From contig CM119371.1 of NCBI GenBank assembly GCA_051294905.1, positions 16,866,001-16,930,000 on the forward strand: DNA of 64,000 bases, read 5' to 3'. The position numbers and the translations under genes are program-made. Below, one piece after another: positions 39,915 to 53,385 of the stretch. The number at the start of each line of letters is the position of its first letter. Within the stretch, counting starts at the first letter, position 1. Source of the stretch: Botryllus schlosseri (taxonomy: Eukaryota). The notes below the pieces were generated by a model. The model saw only the letters and a list, made by a program, of their open reading frames with translations. It made no database searches and was not told the DNA's origin.

Positions 39915-42900
39915 TTAGATTAATCGGGTAGCCAATACGAATTCAATGACAGTCTGAATTGTATATGGACTGGATAATAGGGCCCGTACTGTCATGTCGA
40001 CATGGTTCCGTCTAGCTGCACTCTTCAAATATTGTCTCTGAGAAGCATATACTGGGCACACAAGCAGAAAGTGTTCGATCATCTCTTCGGCCTTGCACGT
40101 GTGGCACAGGCCATCTTCGTGGCACTTTAAACGATGAAGATGAGAATTAAACCGCCAATGTCCCGATTTCAACCTCAATATAATGGAGAAGTGCCTTCGT
40201 GAAAAATTCAGCGGCGAAGGAATATCTGCGATGGCTGCTTGTATTTTGTGATATGCGGACCCGTCATATATGACGAGTTGAAGTCTTCAATCCATTTCTC
40301 GCGGCATATGGATGCTATGAACGTTTTCACTTCTGAATTAGACAGTTCGACCAGTTCTTCACTGTCATCTGCGTAATCCGTGGATGCAGCCGCTCTTGCT
40401 AGTTCGTCAGCCGTTTCATTTTGTCCAATTCCCATGTGGCCAGGGATTCATATCAAATTTGTCTTCACTCCTTTTCTTTCGAGATCTGCGATAACATAAT
40501 AATATCATATATTAGTTTGTTATTAGTAGAACCGGGGGTAATGGCTGTAAGGGCACTTTGACTGTCCGATAGGATGGCAAGTTTTTGAGATCCTAGATTT
40601 TCTTTTGCCCAGGTTAACCCACGCAGAATTGCAACTAATTCGGATGAGAATACTGATGAATATTTACTGAGAGATTCGCTGTGAGAAAACGGAATTTCTT
40701 CGACTACGAAGGCTGCACCACATCGATGAATAGTTTTCGACCCATCGATATATATTTTGACATGGTTCGAGTACGTTTCTGTGATGTAACGATTACACTT
40801 TGACTTAGCAATTGTGGGTAGGTCAGACTTTACATTTCTTGATTTTAGGTGCAAATCTATTCGACAACATATTTCCTGCCATGGCGGGAAACGAACTACT
40901 TCATGGTTCTGTAGATTAATTTGCATGAGCTTCGCATTTTTAATTTTCATATTAAAGGTCATAAATAACGTCGAGTCCGGGAAGATTTCGTGCCAAGAAT
41001 CCTCAAAGACTGTTGCGCACGGGTGGTTCGGCGATGACGCTATAACAGTTCGATAATTATAGCACGCTTGCAGATAACTCAATGGTATGGGTGGTTAGGC
41101 GCAGGAATGTTGAAGAGCGAAGGATGGAGTACTCTTCATTGCCCCGTTGCATATCCGTAGAGCGGTATTCTGAATTTTTTGGATGCAATTCATAACATAT
41201 AAAGGTGAAAACAAATACGCCTCGAACCGTACTCAATTACCGATCGGATCATAGATCTGTAGACCGCTAGCAAGCAAGGTGTGGAGGCACCCCATGTTGT
41301 ACCACTGAGCATTCGTAGTAAGTTCATTCTTTTTAGGCAATTTTCAACAACAGCATCTTTGTGCAAACGATAACTCAGTTTAGAATCGAAAATAATTCAA
41401 AAGTATTTACAACTTTTCTTCATTGGCAGTTCTGTCATACCTATTGAAAATTGGACAGGTGGCAGTTTTCTGCGTTTTGTGAATATAATTGCGGCAGACT
41501 TCTTGACATTGACCCTCAAACCCCATTTTTCACACCATTGATACAGGTTGTTTAAAGAATTCTGCAATTTGGACGAGATTGTCATTACATCTAAGCCAGT
41601 TTCCCATAGGCAAGCGTCATCCGCAAATAGATTGATACTCGTATCGATTTCATCGGGGAGGTCATTCATCATAACAGTAAAAATTATCGGACTGAGAACA
41701 CTGCCTTGTGGAATCCCATTATCTAAGGAAAATGAATCGGATAAGCTGTCACCTACCCGAACTTGGAAAGTACGGTTACAGATGAATGAGTAAATCCATC
41801 TCAGCATGTTGGCTGAAATGTCCAGTTTGTGGAGCTTGGAGATAACGCCTTCTCTCCAAACGGTGTCATAAGCTTTTTCTAAGTCTAGAAAAGCTCCAAC
41901 TGTAGATCGTTTGTTCCAGATGCCTTTGTAGATATCGTCATGCAGGGCTAAAATACAATCTGTGGTTGAGCGTTTAGTCCTATAGCCGCATTGAACTGGC
42001 GAAATTTGTTTTGTACTCTCTAACCACCAACGTAGTCTATTAGATATCATCCTTTCCATAATTTTACACATATTGCTTGTTAGGGATATTGGGCGATAGG
42101 AGTCCGGATGACTAGGTTTTTTGTTTCCTTTTAGTAATGGTATAACTGTTGAGTGACGCCAGCTGGCAGGTCAATTTCCATTACTCCATGTAGCATTGAA
42201 CGATGAAAGCATGCGACGGAGACAAAATTGGTCCAGATTGTTGATCATGATCATCTGATAACATACGCCGTCAGGTCCAGGAGATGCACTTTTCTTCGCC
42301 TTCAGCGCTTTCTTCAATTTCTTTATTGTGAAGGGATTATTCATGTCTGAAGCTTGATCGGTTTGTACCAATAGAAGCGTTTCTCTTTCGAATGCTTCCC
42401 GTCTGGCCACCGATTCAGGATCGACGTTATCATCGCTACTGAATGAGATGAATCTACACGCTAATGCATTTGCTTTGTCCTTATTGCTTGTAAGTATGTG
42501 ATTTCCAGATGTAAGACTACTTACTAATCGTATTCCATGATCTGGATCCGGACATCGATCGGACGACTCTCCAGACCTTGGATAATTTGGCTGTACTGTT
42601 CAGAGATAAGCAAAATGATTCCCAACAGGACTTTTTAGCGGATTGTATCACTCTTCTAGTTTCCGCTCTCTGCCTTTTGAACGCTACAACAAGGTCAATG
42701 TGAAACGAGGTCTTCATTTTTAAGTAAGCAGCTTGTTTCAGACGAATAGCTCGGGCACACACTTCATTCCACCAGGGAATGCAACATTTTCTTTGAGGTT
42801 TCGTGATTGTAATACTGATTCGAGCTGCTGCGATTATTGCTTCTGTGATGTCTTGTATTGTCACTCGTTCGTTGTTACACAACAGAGAGAGATTCCGATT

Positions 42901-43633
42901 AGCAGACCATCGAAATTCAGACCATTTTGCTTTGTGTATAGCCCAATATTCATAATACTGCGCCCCCACATTTGGTGAGATCGAAATATGATTGAAGATC
43001 AAAAAAATGGTCACTTCCTAAAAGATGATCCGTGACCACTGTCTCAATCTTGTGTCCTATGTCCTTGGAAGCAATTGTTAAATCAAGCAGTGATGTTGCG
43101 CCAGCATCATACGATATGTTTAGTCTTGTTCCTATATTGGTGTTTATGACTACCAAATCTTTGTCGTCTAATACCTCATACAGATGTTTTCCATACCGAT
43201 TACCATTCTTGGCACCCCAGAAGGAGTGGTGTGCATTGAAGTCGCCCACCGCTACGAATTTAGAATCGCATAAAGAAAAACACTTTTTCGTAAGCTGCAG
43301 AGAGACTGCTTTATTCGGTGGTATTTAGATATTCCTGATGGCGATTTCATCCAACTTTATGAGTTGCACCTCTATCGGGAAAATATTGTGAACTTCGATT
43401 TCCCGGTAACTTATATTTTCTTTCACGAACAAGCAAACTCCTCCGCCGTGGATGTTGCGATCTTTACGTATTAAATTATACTCAGGAATTTTTGGAACAT
43501 ATTGGCTAATCAAGTGCGATTCCTGTAAGGCTATGATCTCTGGCTTTTCCAACATACAATTTTCAAGAAAATGTTTCAATTCGTTGAGTTTACGATACAA
43601 GCCTCGACAGTTCCATTGGACTATATTGAAGGT
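39915..43633 (-). pseudogene. LINE ORF2 (endonuclease, reverse transcriptase, RNase H, zinc finger), frameshifted
   Basis: IVQWNCRG, LQESH, GDFNAH, SDH, SPGPDG, FLDLEKAYD, GIPQGSVLSP, LFADD, IYIDGSK, SDSQSA, GIGQNETADELA and CHTC..EHFLLVC. Confidence 0.93.
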
Positions 43634-44282
43634 GTCGGTGTATGCTCGAGGACATTATTGTCACCATGATCATGATGATGTGCGGACTGGTCGTTGCAGT
43701 GGCGGCTCGTGACAATATCGGGTGGTGGGGCAAGGGCCGCAAGCGACTTGTTATCAATATGACGTCACAGTAGCGTTTTTCAACGTTCATGATGGCCACA
43801 TGAATTTCCCGTAAACAATGATTTTTAACGTAGGTGCCGCGAGAGGTTTGCCGGTGGCGTGACTTGAAGTGCGGTAACAAATGTTTTATTCATTGTTTTT
43901 TATTCAAATGATTATTTTACAAAATGTACGCGAACTAAGAATCGTTCCCATGCCACGAATCAATCATCAGGTTATCCTTAGTAGCATGCGTTATGATTTC
44001 GTGGTAGAGATTACGCAAGCGCCGAGTAAGACTATACCAAAAATACACAGACCAACTACCTACAAAGAGCATTCGCATGACACCTTGTGGTGTTTTAATC
44101 GTTCCATGCTCAGCAATTCTGTAAAGTGCTGCAGCGCCTCCGACCCGATTTGTATATGGATTCTCGTCCCGAAAGCGAGTCAAATCGATTTGCCCTCGTC
44201 CGAAAGTGTTTGGTACACGATCCTGATGCGTTACGACCAGGGGATAGGCAATCAAAGCGGTGGCACCCATAAACGTAAAACA

Positions 44283-45350
44283 TTATAAAAAGCCAGCTGT
44301 TATCCATGGAAGATTGAGCTGATGCGCGTAGCAATGCAAAAAATGCGCATGCGGGTAAACTTCTTTCATTAAAACTTGTACGCTATGTCGCGATCCGCTC
44401 ATGACTGCTGCGCCGTCGTAGGTTTGCGCAATAAGTTTCGACTCAACTGAATAGGGCTGTAATGTTTTTTTTAATACGTAAGAAATTCCGACAGCAGTGC
44501 GATCGTCAACAGCCACAAAGCTGTGGAATCGTTCGACTGGCATACCAAATTTCGTGAACCGAAAAATCACGACTAGTTGTGACAAACACGTAATGTCAGT
44601 TGTTTCGTCAGACTGAATAGATAGAAATTCAGCGTCAACAATCTCGGTAAACAAATGCTGTAGAAAGATGTGATATATCGAATCAAGCACATCATTTTGA
44701 ATAGTCTTTGAGGTACCCTTAGCTACTGTCGCGGTGTCGAGATGTTCGCGCAAAATGCTATCAATGGAAGCCGTGTATTTAATTAGATCCAAAAATACCC
44801 CCCTATTGAGAGAGCATTCCTTCTCATCGTGGCCTCGAAGGGGCAATTCATGAACTCCAATAAATTTAATGGCATCAATCACCCGAGAGAGAACATGCCT
44901 ATTCTTATCTACAAGCTCATTGTGCTTGCAGACTGATACGCGATAACTTTCATTGAGCTGCGACATTACATTTACTCTGCCAAACAATTTATATTTAACT
45001 GCACTAGCCATGTGCACTTGGGATTTTTGGTGCGTTTTCAGACGCTCTGACAAATGCTTCAGATCGCGATAACCAATTTTGTTCCAACAAGAGCCACTGC
45101 TTCCGGTACCGGCACTGTCAAATAAAAGACAGTAAAAGCAAAACAAGGCGTTTTTATCCTCGCCATAAGTAAGCCATTCATTTTTATCGAAATGCGCTGA
45201 AGAAAAGGCACGAGTGCGCTTTCCTCCGGCGTACGATTGGATCAATGGGCAATTTCTAGGCTGATACGGACCTAGTCGCTTTACCTCTAATTTTTGCTCT
45301 AAAGGCAGCTGGCTAAACGGCGTACGGAGCAAAGATTCAACACGATTCAT
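44283..45350 (-). CDS. hAT transposase N-terminal half (TTF-type zinc finger plus DUF4371/ZMYM1-like), truncated
   Basis: WLTY..FCFYCLLF, H.KS..H, LPLRGHDE, SKTIQND, SDETTD, QTYDGAAVMSG and HCYAHQLNL. Similarity ends after AHQLNL. Confidence 0.9.
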   Translation of the reverse strand: MNRVESLLRTPFSQLPLEQKLEVKRLGPYQPRNCPLIQSYAGGKRTRAFSSAHFDKNEWLTYGEDKNALFCFYCLLFDSAGTGSSGSCWNKIGYRDLKHLSERLKTHQKSQVHMASAVKYKLFGRVNVMSQLNESYRVSVCKHNELVDKNRHVLSRVIDAIKFIGVHELPLRGHDEKECSLNRGVFLDLIKYTASIDSILREHLDTATVAKGTSKTIQNDVLDSIYHIFLQHLFTEIVDAEFLSIQSDETTDITCLSQLVVIFRFTKFGMPVERFHSFVAVDDRTAVGISYVLKKTLQPYSVESKLIAQTYDGAAVMSGSRHSVQVLMKEVYPHAHFLHCYAHQLNLPWITAGFL

Positions 45351-45579
45351 GTTCGCACTTGACCTGACTACTTATCTGCAGAAATGGAAATGACTATAAA
45401 TCGAGAGATTGCGTATGCCTAACTGGAAAGGTCAACGAGTTCGGACACATACGCAATTGTTATCTCATAGATTGGACAAGGAAATGTCATATTGAATCCA
45501 AAACATCATTCTGAAGAACTACGGATAGCAGCCTCGGAAATTCGGTCCCGGTACAGCTTGGGAGATTCTGGCCTTGAGG

Positions 45580-47262
45580 CACTGGCGTAGCAGCATGTGC
45601 TGCCGCCCCTGGCTCTCGCTTAAAATGCCACCCCCCTCTAAGTAGACCGCAGCTAATTTCGACGTATAGATTGATGTTCAAACAATCTTGTCAATAAAAA
45701 TAAATACAAATAATATGCCGCGTCTCAGCCTCCCCGTCTCAACGTGAATAAGGCCAAAAATATTAAAGACAAGAAATAGCGAACGAATGTATTGTGTAAA
45801 TAGAAAATCAATAGCAGCCCCAAAACTTAACTTTTCGGGCTTTGCCGAAGCAAAATCAGCGATTATATCCACAAACGCAATATTTTGAACGCAGTCTCTT
45901 TCTATAGACCAGTGGTTCTTAAGCGGGGGTCCGCGAAGCATTTTCATGGGGTCCGCGAAGCCTCTAAATTTGTAAAGTCATTGGTAACCTAATTTACTTT
46001 TTTTTTAATTGGGAAAAGCATGGGACAGTTTTCGCTTCATAATTACTAAAACTTCAGGACTCACGTGATTAAATTGGTCGTCTGAGATGAAATATCCGAC
46101 TGTGCAAACTCATTTTATTGTCAACTTACCAATGGCATGCCGATGCAAACATATTGCTGTTTATAAATGTTTTGTTAAGGTTTATGAAAAATTAAATGTT
46201 GGAGATAGCAATTTGGATTTGCAGTTGTCAGTCTCAGCAAATTTGAAAACAGTCGTTTGAAATATAAATTCCTGAACTTTTCCCCTGATCTGTCCCAATG
46301 AAAGAATTGAAACCGCGCTACGAAATCCTTTTCATCCTGTGATATAACCACTAAATACCTTCAAGATGAGATGTTAGATAGAAATGACTATAAGCTGCGT
46401 GGACATGATATGTTCGTTACAAACACACACCAGAAGCTGTCGTCGGAGGCGTTACGCGTTAATATTACATTTGCCACCGATATATCTTTGTGGAAATGGA
46501 TTTTCGGCACTCGTTCATATCCAATCAAAGACGAGGATTTTCAAGATAATAAATACGGGTGTAAAATTCGTTTCGAAATATTAAAAGTCTACCCATTTTC
46601 GACATATGGTGTGATGTTATTTTGAATAAAATTTATTTTCTGGCTGTTTATTACTAGCCTACAATCAATGTTTGCACGAGACAGGTGACGGTTGCACGAT
46701 AATTAAGCTAATTATGAACGAAAACTTGAGGGGGGCCGCGGGGATCTGCGGCGTTCCAAAAGGGGTTCGCGAAGACAAAAAGGTTGAGAACCACTGCTTC
46801 AGACAGAATCGATAGAGCTGGTAGCCGATCATCATTCATGGTAGAACATAAATAGGACTTAATCAGTTTGAGCTTTGAGAAGCTCCTCGCACAGCTCGCA
46901 ATTGAAACACCAATGGTCAGATAAAGTTCCAGACACGAGCATAAATACGGTATCGAATGAAGTAGCTTTGCATTAACTAACCAACCAACCATTGTTAGGA
47001 ACAAGCGGCCTTGACGGCTATTTCGGAATGGTTCCATTGTCATGTTAACATATTAATTCGTGTTTTTGGAATTAGCGTGACACTAGCTTTCGATTGAGGC
47101 CAGTTTGATTACATTTTAGCTCACGGGACGCCAGCTATAGGACTACTCATTACACTGCTTTTAGCTGGCTGTGTACACTGTGTTAGCCTCATTTTGCCGC
47201 CCCCTTGGAGCCTGTCGCCCCTGGCGCAGAGCCAGAACCGCCAGGTGGCTGCTACGCCACTG
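45580..47262 (-). mobile_element. hAT element carrying a C-terminal dimerization-domain remnant
   Basis: Ends cactggcgtagc/gctacgccactg, perfect TSD ccttgagg. SCARSFSKLKLIKSYL..STM..RL..LSILS joins IERD once the inner MITE is removed. Confidence 0.9.
45910..46796 (+). mobile_element. Buster-type hAT MITE with a transposase C-terminal remnant
   Basis: TIR cagtggttct/agaaccactg, TSD ctatagac/cttcagac, YLCGNGFSALVHI motif. Related copy at about 52790-53385. Confidence 0.82.
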
Positions 47263-48589
47263 CCTTGAGGCTGGAGACTGTCACACGACACATACGGCTT
47301 ACGGTCTATAGTGTCTATATGTCTGCTGCAAAATCGCCTTCGGAAAATATATTACCGAATAAATACGTGGATGAAAGCCGAAAACTTGGTACACTGTTAC
47401 ATGAAATCATCGAGAAGTATAGCCTCATGACCGTTTTCGGTATGGTACACTGTCAAAATTAATACGAACAGATCAACGCCGAATTTTGCGTAATATTTAC
47501 TGAGGAATCGGCTGATCAAGCGATCAGCTGTTAGCCGCCATCGAAAACGAAACAGCTATCGCGCTTGACAAGGGTTGTAATTGTGAGCAAATGGCCCGAA
47601 GGCCACCATTCCACGGTGAAATTGACATTGGAGAATATAAAATAAAACTAAATATTTGAATGCAAACCGAGGATGTTAGTAAACTGTTTCATGATATCAT
47701 CATCTCATCACCTATCTCAGTATGGAACACAGATACACCGGCTTTTGCGTGAAATCCGCAATGCGTAAGGTAGGCTAAGTGTCAGATCAGCGCACATATC
47801 TACCATACTCGAACTTAATAACGAAATTGCTGCCCTAATCATTGAGTGTCAACCTTGAGACTTGGCACAGCGTTCGATACTAAAATCAAGACATACCATG
47901 TAAAAGTTCATGACGGATCTAGCTAAGGAGCATCGTTAAAATCAATGGAGACCAATACCGGCTTTGCGTGAAATATGTTTGCGATACATGACCGATCAGC
48001 ACACACTCGACTTTGGAAACGGAATTACTACCCTAAACTTTGAGTAGAAACCCTGAAACTTAGGACAGTGTTAAATACCACCATCACGACATGACATACC
48101 AAGTTTCAAGAATTATCATGGTGTGAAACACCATCAAAATCGACCTGTACCAGCAACGGTCGACTCAACGCATATCACGGTATCCGAGTTCAGATATAGA
48201 TACGATTGTTACATCACACCTTAGGGGCGAGCAAGCATATTTGCCCCGGTTGCTCGGCCATTTTACGAATAGGAGAGAGTAAAGCAACGTTTCTTAATTG
48301 TGCGCAGCTTTGAGAGAATAGATAGTGAAAGCTTGTTATGAGCGCTACCGGGGCAAGCCCCGGCTAGGCATTCACAAAGCGAAAACACAGAAGAGAATTC
48401 GATTTTCGCGGAGACTTCGCTATGTATGGGCATTTGCAAGCGAAAGCACAAGAAGAACGCGGGTTTCGCTGTGATCTCGATATATATTGAGCGCTGTGCG
48501 TCTATAAATGGTTAAATTGTTATTGAACAGAATTTTAGGTGGGGCAATGCCCCAGTTGCCCAATAGGACGAGCCGCCACTGGGTCGTTG

Positions 48590-49813
48590 GTTCTCTCGTT
48601 ACCAGCCGATAGATACAGAGGGTTTCCACTGTTCGATGTTACATTCGACATTTCATAGTTTTGAGTCGCCTTATCACCGAAACAATTCTTTGGCACCGAT
48701 ATTCCTAGATTTTCACCGGCCGATTTTGCAATAATTTCGTCTATGCGTACCTCTTGACCTGCTCCGAAACTGACTATTGTGTTATTGATGACTTCCGCTA
48801 TGAAATTGAATAATGCTGCCAGCGGGATGGTTACCAGATTGCCAGCAGAACTTGGATGAGGACTGCGCGAACTACTTTCATTGATACCAGCACGATCGTT
48901 ATCGGAATAACTTTGTTCGCCGCTACCTGCACTACTGACATGGAGTGACTTAGGCAATGGGGGAATTCAGTGGGCGAGAAGGGCTGAAGACTTTCAGTAT
49001 CCTGATGCTGTGTCTATCTGGCACTCCAATAATTGACCCCCGTTTTAACCATGATTACTTGGATTTTAGCTTCCTGGCGGTATCTCGGACAACCCGTATA
49101 ACGAGCCGAATGAGAGTCTCCACAATTCACACACCATGGATTATTCTCGCATTTATCAGCGTTACGTCGATTCCCACATTTCGCACAGCGTTGAGCATTG
49201 CGGCAATGCTTCGACTTGTGACCAAATCTGTTACAATTATAACATCTCACGGGTGGCGGATTGTAAACCCGTGTTCGAAATTGCATGTATCCAATCCTCA
49301 CTACAGTGGGCAGAATTATAGACGCGAAACACAGTAAGACCGATTTGTTATACTTAACCACATCATCTGATTTGTACGAGAATCGCCGCACGAATGTGAC
49401 GGCTAGCGATTCTTTAATCTCGTCGTCGAACATTTCAAGCGGCACATTCGTTATCACTCCTTTAACCTCAGAAGGTCTGACTATATGGCGCTCGGTTTTA
49501 ACCTCGATTGGTGTCGACGCAGTACCTAAATTATCGCAAGCGAGCAATTTCTTGACCTGATCACTGTTCGCGCATTTGACTAGAATGTCCCCCGAAGGAA
49601 GTATTCTAATATCACTGTAGTTGCCACCAAGCACTTTGAACAAAGCTTTATTAATAGTTAATGGATTTCATTGCCGCATAGTTTTTTAACCCATTTGATG
49701 ATCACCAAAAGATCACCATTACCTCTATTTGAATCTGAAGCCATTTCCTTTGAAGCGGGCCCATTCAACTCCGAATTTGCGGAACGCTTATGCGCTCCGC
49801 CACTTCCTGACAT
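48590..49813 (-). pseudogene. LINE ORF1, gag-like with zinc knuckles
   Basis: RCYNCNRFGHKSKHC, RCAKCG and CVNCGDSHSA..C. ATG at 49813. Last codons continue at 43688-43621. Confidence 0.9.
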
Positions 49814-50019
49814 TTCACGGTATTACCTTTATATAGCTGTGGTTATTGCTGAATCTATAATCTAGAAGCCGATATGACGATAAACTGCAAACACTTCCCT
49901 AAACTTTGACTTGTCTCTGCCTCGTTTTTCAGGTATTTCATTTGCGAGAAGGCTGAGGCGGCGGAAAATAACATTATCCAATTCACGGAAGGCGTTGCAC
50001 AGACAATTTGAGGTATATG

Positions 50020-50471
50020 CAGAGGTGGTCAGTAACGATGTACTTCTACATTTTTGAATCACTCGAGTAGTTCGCCGCTACTTGGGTACTTACTCAAGTA
50101 GATCTAATTTCACGCTACTTCTACTTCGCAAAATTTTGTGATCCACTTACTGACATTTCACCCTTTGCAGTTTGTCAAGTAGAAGTAGTTTAATCCGTCA
50201 ATCAGAAAGATAGCCATGGGGGATTTCGGGGATGTTTTTATGGAGTATCAACATATAATTTCTATAAAAGTTGAGTAAAGTCCAGAATTTTTGTCTTTTT
50301 TCACAACTACATACTTACTTGAGTAGATTTAAAGTCATCAATTCTAATTCTACTTCAACTAGTTTCAAGCTGCTTTTAAAAGAAGTACTTCTACTCGTAC
50401 TTGAGTAATTTTTTGCGTCGCCAATTCTACTTCTACTTGAGTAGCTTTCTTGACTACTTTGACCACCTCTG
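50020..50471. mobile_element. Internally deleted copy of the AAGTAG-repeat MITE
   Basis: TIR cagaggtggtca, perfect TSD ggtatatg. Inverted relative to 21270-22505. Confidence 0.9.
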
Positions 50472-52789
50472 GGTATATGTTAATGGAAAATTTGAAGATT
50501 GTATAGAAACTCTTTCTGCCCACATAAATAAGGATTTGTCAATTTTATGATAGATTATCCAATACAGAAAGATGGAAAGCAGATCTACATTTAGCAATCA
50601 TTATCGTGCCATTACCTCTTGATAAGGTTCACAAGGAAAATCTTCGAGTAGATGAACTCTACTGCGACGAATGTAGTTTTGAAAGATATATTCAAGTTTA
50701 TCACCGTCAGTCACACGTAAGGTTGGGTGAAGAAAATAAATAATTCTCAGCAAGTTTCAGGAGAACAGCGACAGATTTGACCGAATACCATCTGTTCAAA
50801 AATGAAAATGCGTCAAAAAAGCAACTTGGTGGTTCTAATGTCAATTTATCTGGATAAAGCCGGTTTTAGACATTCCATCTCATTTATATTTGGATTGCTA
50901 AAAGAGCAGAGTGGTACTGTAACATTACCAAACATGAATTGGATCAGTTATTGGAACGCATGAATGTTCACTTGTACAAATATATTTACTACTTGGTAAA
51001 AAGTGTTCTCGACAGCTTGGGTACACATCGTAAACAGGTAGGCCAATGTGTTTGGTGTAGCAATAGGCCAACCGTCCCTCAGCAATAGCGGGATAAGCGG
51101 CATTCAACCATTCAGTCGAATGATATACATCGAACGATATATAGTGAATGACATATCAACTGCACCGTTTTTAATGTACAGAAAGTAGATATAACGAAAT
51201 CCTAGTTCGAAATAACATCATGAACATGAGTTCAAAATAACATCTCCATATGTATTTGATGACGTGCATGAATCCTTCTACGTTGAGATTGCACTTTAGT
51301 ATACGAAATTGTTCAATTATATTGATTCAATTACTCCTGTTATATTACTCATATCAATATCTTAGCTGTATTGTTTTCCTACTACTACGTATACTATATT
51401 ATTTTCCAAAAGACGATATGTGACTAAAGATTGTGTGCATAGGAAAACCTCTATTTTGTGTTTTAAGCAATTCATAAAACTTATCTACACTCGCTGTGGC
51501 AGTTAAAGTGACAATATGATTTAGGAATTTAGAAAGGCGAATCAAATACTGAACTGTACACATGAATATAATTCTCGTCGTGCCTAACTAGCACAGCACT
51601 ATACTAGACGTACTGGTACAAAACCAAACAACTTGTTTGACCGAGAAGAGTTTTAATGAAATAGTTGAAATCAAAATGATGGAAAAGAGTGGCCTTTTTA
51701 ACGAGACACGAGATTCCCTAAGCCAGTGGTTCTCAAACTTCTTTAGTCACGCCACCTTTTATGATTGTGAAAAATTTCGCGCCCACTTATCGTCATATCA
51801 CAATATGCAAACAGAATGCTGGCAATCCCAATAGCTAATTTAATGGCATGAAATGTCAATGTATAAGTCGCATCAATTGATTGTATCATTGGATTGAATT
51901 ATTTCTCCGCTCCTTTGTAGTATCCCATTCACCAAAGAATTTTTTAAAACTGGCCCAGTGTGTACAGTTCAGTATTTGATTCGTCTTTCTAAATCCCTAA
52001 GGATTTTATTCTAGCACGTAGCAACACCTTTATTCGCGAACAGTGGGATTGACGGTGATGATTGGCTGGTTGAATACACTTATGAACCTCTGTTAAAACA
52101 GTGGCGGTAACGACGATACAAGCTCACTTATTTGTATGCTCCCTTTTAAGTCGTAATCTGGCGTTGGCCGTGTGTATGCGTTGTGAGGAATACAAGAGAT
52201 AAAACTGTAAACGTAGACTTTTGAATTTGTTGTATTTTTGTTACATCACGATTCAGGTTTCGCTATATTCCGGGGACTTTTTGAGTCAGAAATGATACAG
52301 TACCGCGACCATGCACTGTTATTTGAATTATATTATTCGTGTAAATGATATATTATCCATGTAAACGTCTTATAACGGTCTAGCAGTGTCGTTTTCGCTT
52401 GTGTAAATAACTACTTTTGGGCACATTATTCCATAAAACTCAACTCTGCAGGGAGCACTTTTTTGCCTTTTCAAAATTGAGTGTCAATGTGACTGATTTG
52501 TTCCTATAGTGGTAACAAGTTTGAAACCAAAACACCGTAGTCTGGTTATTATAATGTGGCCTACCAACAGACTCGACATTTGCTGTTTTGAGGGAATATT
52601 TAACGGAAGTATTGTCTTACAAACAAATCAACATTTGTGACAAACGTGCTGGATAATACAAGCATTTTTCAATCTACTTGGAATGGCTTCGAGGGCCGGA
52701 TGAAATCGTCTGGCGGGCCGTATGTTCGACACCCCTGGTGTAAACTCATTTTCATTTCCAAGTTGCCAATAGCCTACTGATACAAACAT

Positions 52790-53385
52790 ATTGCTATTTA
52801 AAGGTCTGTTGTTGAGGTTCGTTAAAAATAGTTTTTCTTTTTAGTCTGTGTCAAAAAAGTGAATAAAACCTCATCACGGAATCCATTTTCTCCTGTGATA
52901 TACATAACCACTATTCCAGAATATCTCGAAGATGAGCTGCTATATATAAATGACTAGTGTGGAAGTGATAACTTCATTGAAAAATATGTTTCTCAATTTC
53001 GGTGCCATATATGTTGCGATTGTGCTCAAAGCTGTCGCGGGAAGCGTCAGGCGTTAATATTCGCCGCCAGCTACCTTTGTGGAAATGGATTTTCGGCACT
53101 CGTTCATATCAAATCGCACGCGTGAATTTTTAAGACACGATCACATATTTCAAGAAATAAGAAATAAAGCTGAGAAGTCCCTTTGAAACAATAAAAGTCT
53201 ATCAACATTTCTACATATAGTATGACCTTGTTTTCAAGAACGGTCATTTTGTTGCTGTTTATCACTAGCCTTGAGTCACTAGCACAAGACGGTTGCACGA
53301 TCATTGAAATAATTTTGAACTAAAACTTGAGGGGGTGTCACGGTACAAAAGGGTACCGCGATGACAAAAAGGTTGAGAACCACTG
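52790..53385 (+). mobile_element. Buster-type MITE, right part
   Basis: Colinear with about 46180-46796. Ends ggttgagaaccactg. Confidence 0.7.

Larger units (their letters stand above)
43697..48581 (-). mobile_element. hAT transposon with truncated transposase, inserted in the 3' end of LINE ORF1
   Basis: TIR cagtggcggctcgt, perfect TSD ggtcgttg. Confidence 0.93.
39826..49920 (-). mobile_element. Full-length I-group (I/Nimb-like) LINE, inactivated
   Basis: 14-bp TSD ctcgtttttcaggt (39812-39825 and 49921-49934). Gag-like ORF1 plus APE-RT-RNaseH-zinc finger ORF2. CAACA-type 3' tail. Confidence 0.92.

Noticed and set aside
44283..45350. Domesticated ZMYM1-like host gene
   Set aside because: It lies within TIRs and a perfect TSD, inserted into a LINE.
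51724..53385. One MITE bounded by cagtggttctc termini
   Set aside because: The flanks (ccctaagc and ggttatat) are not a TSD, so these are probably ends of different fragments.
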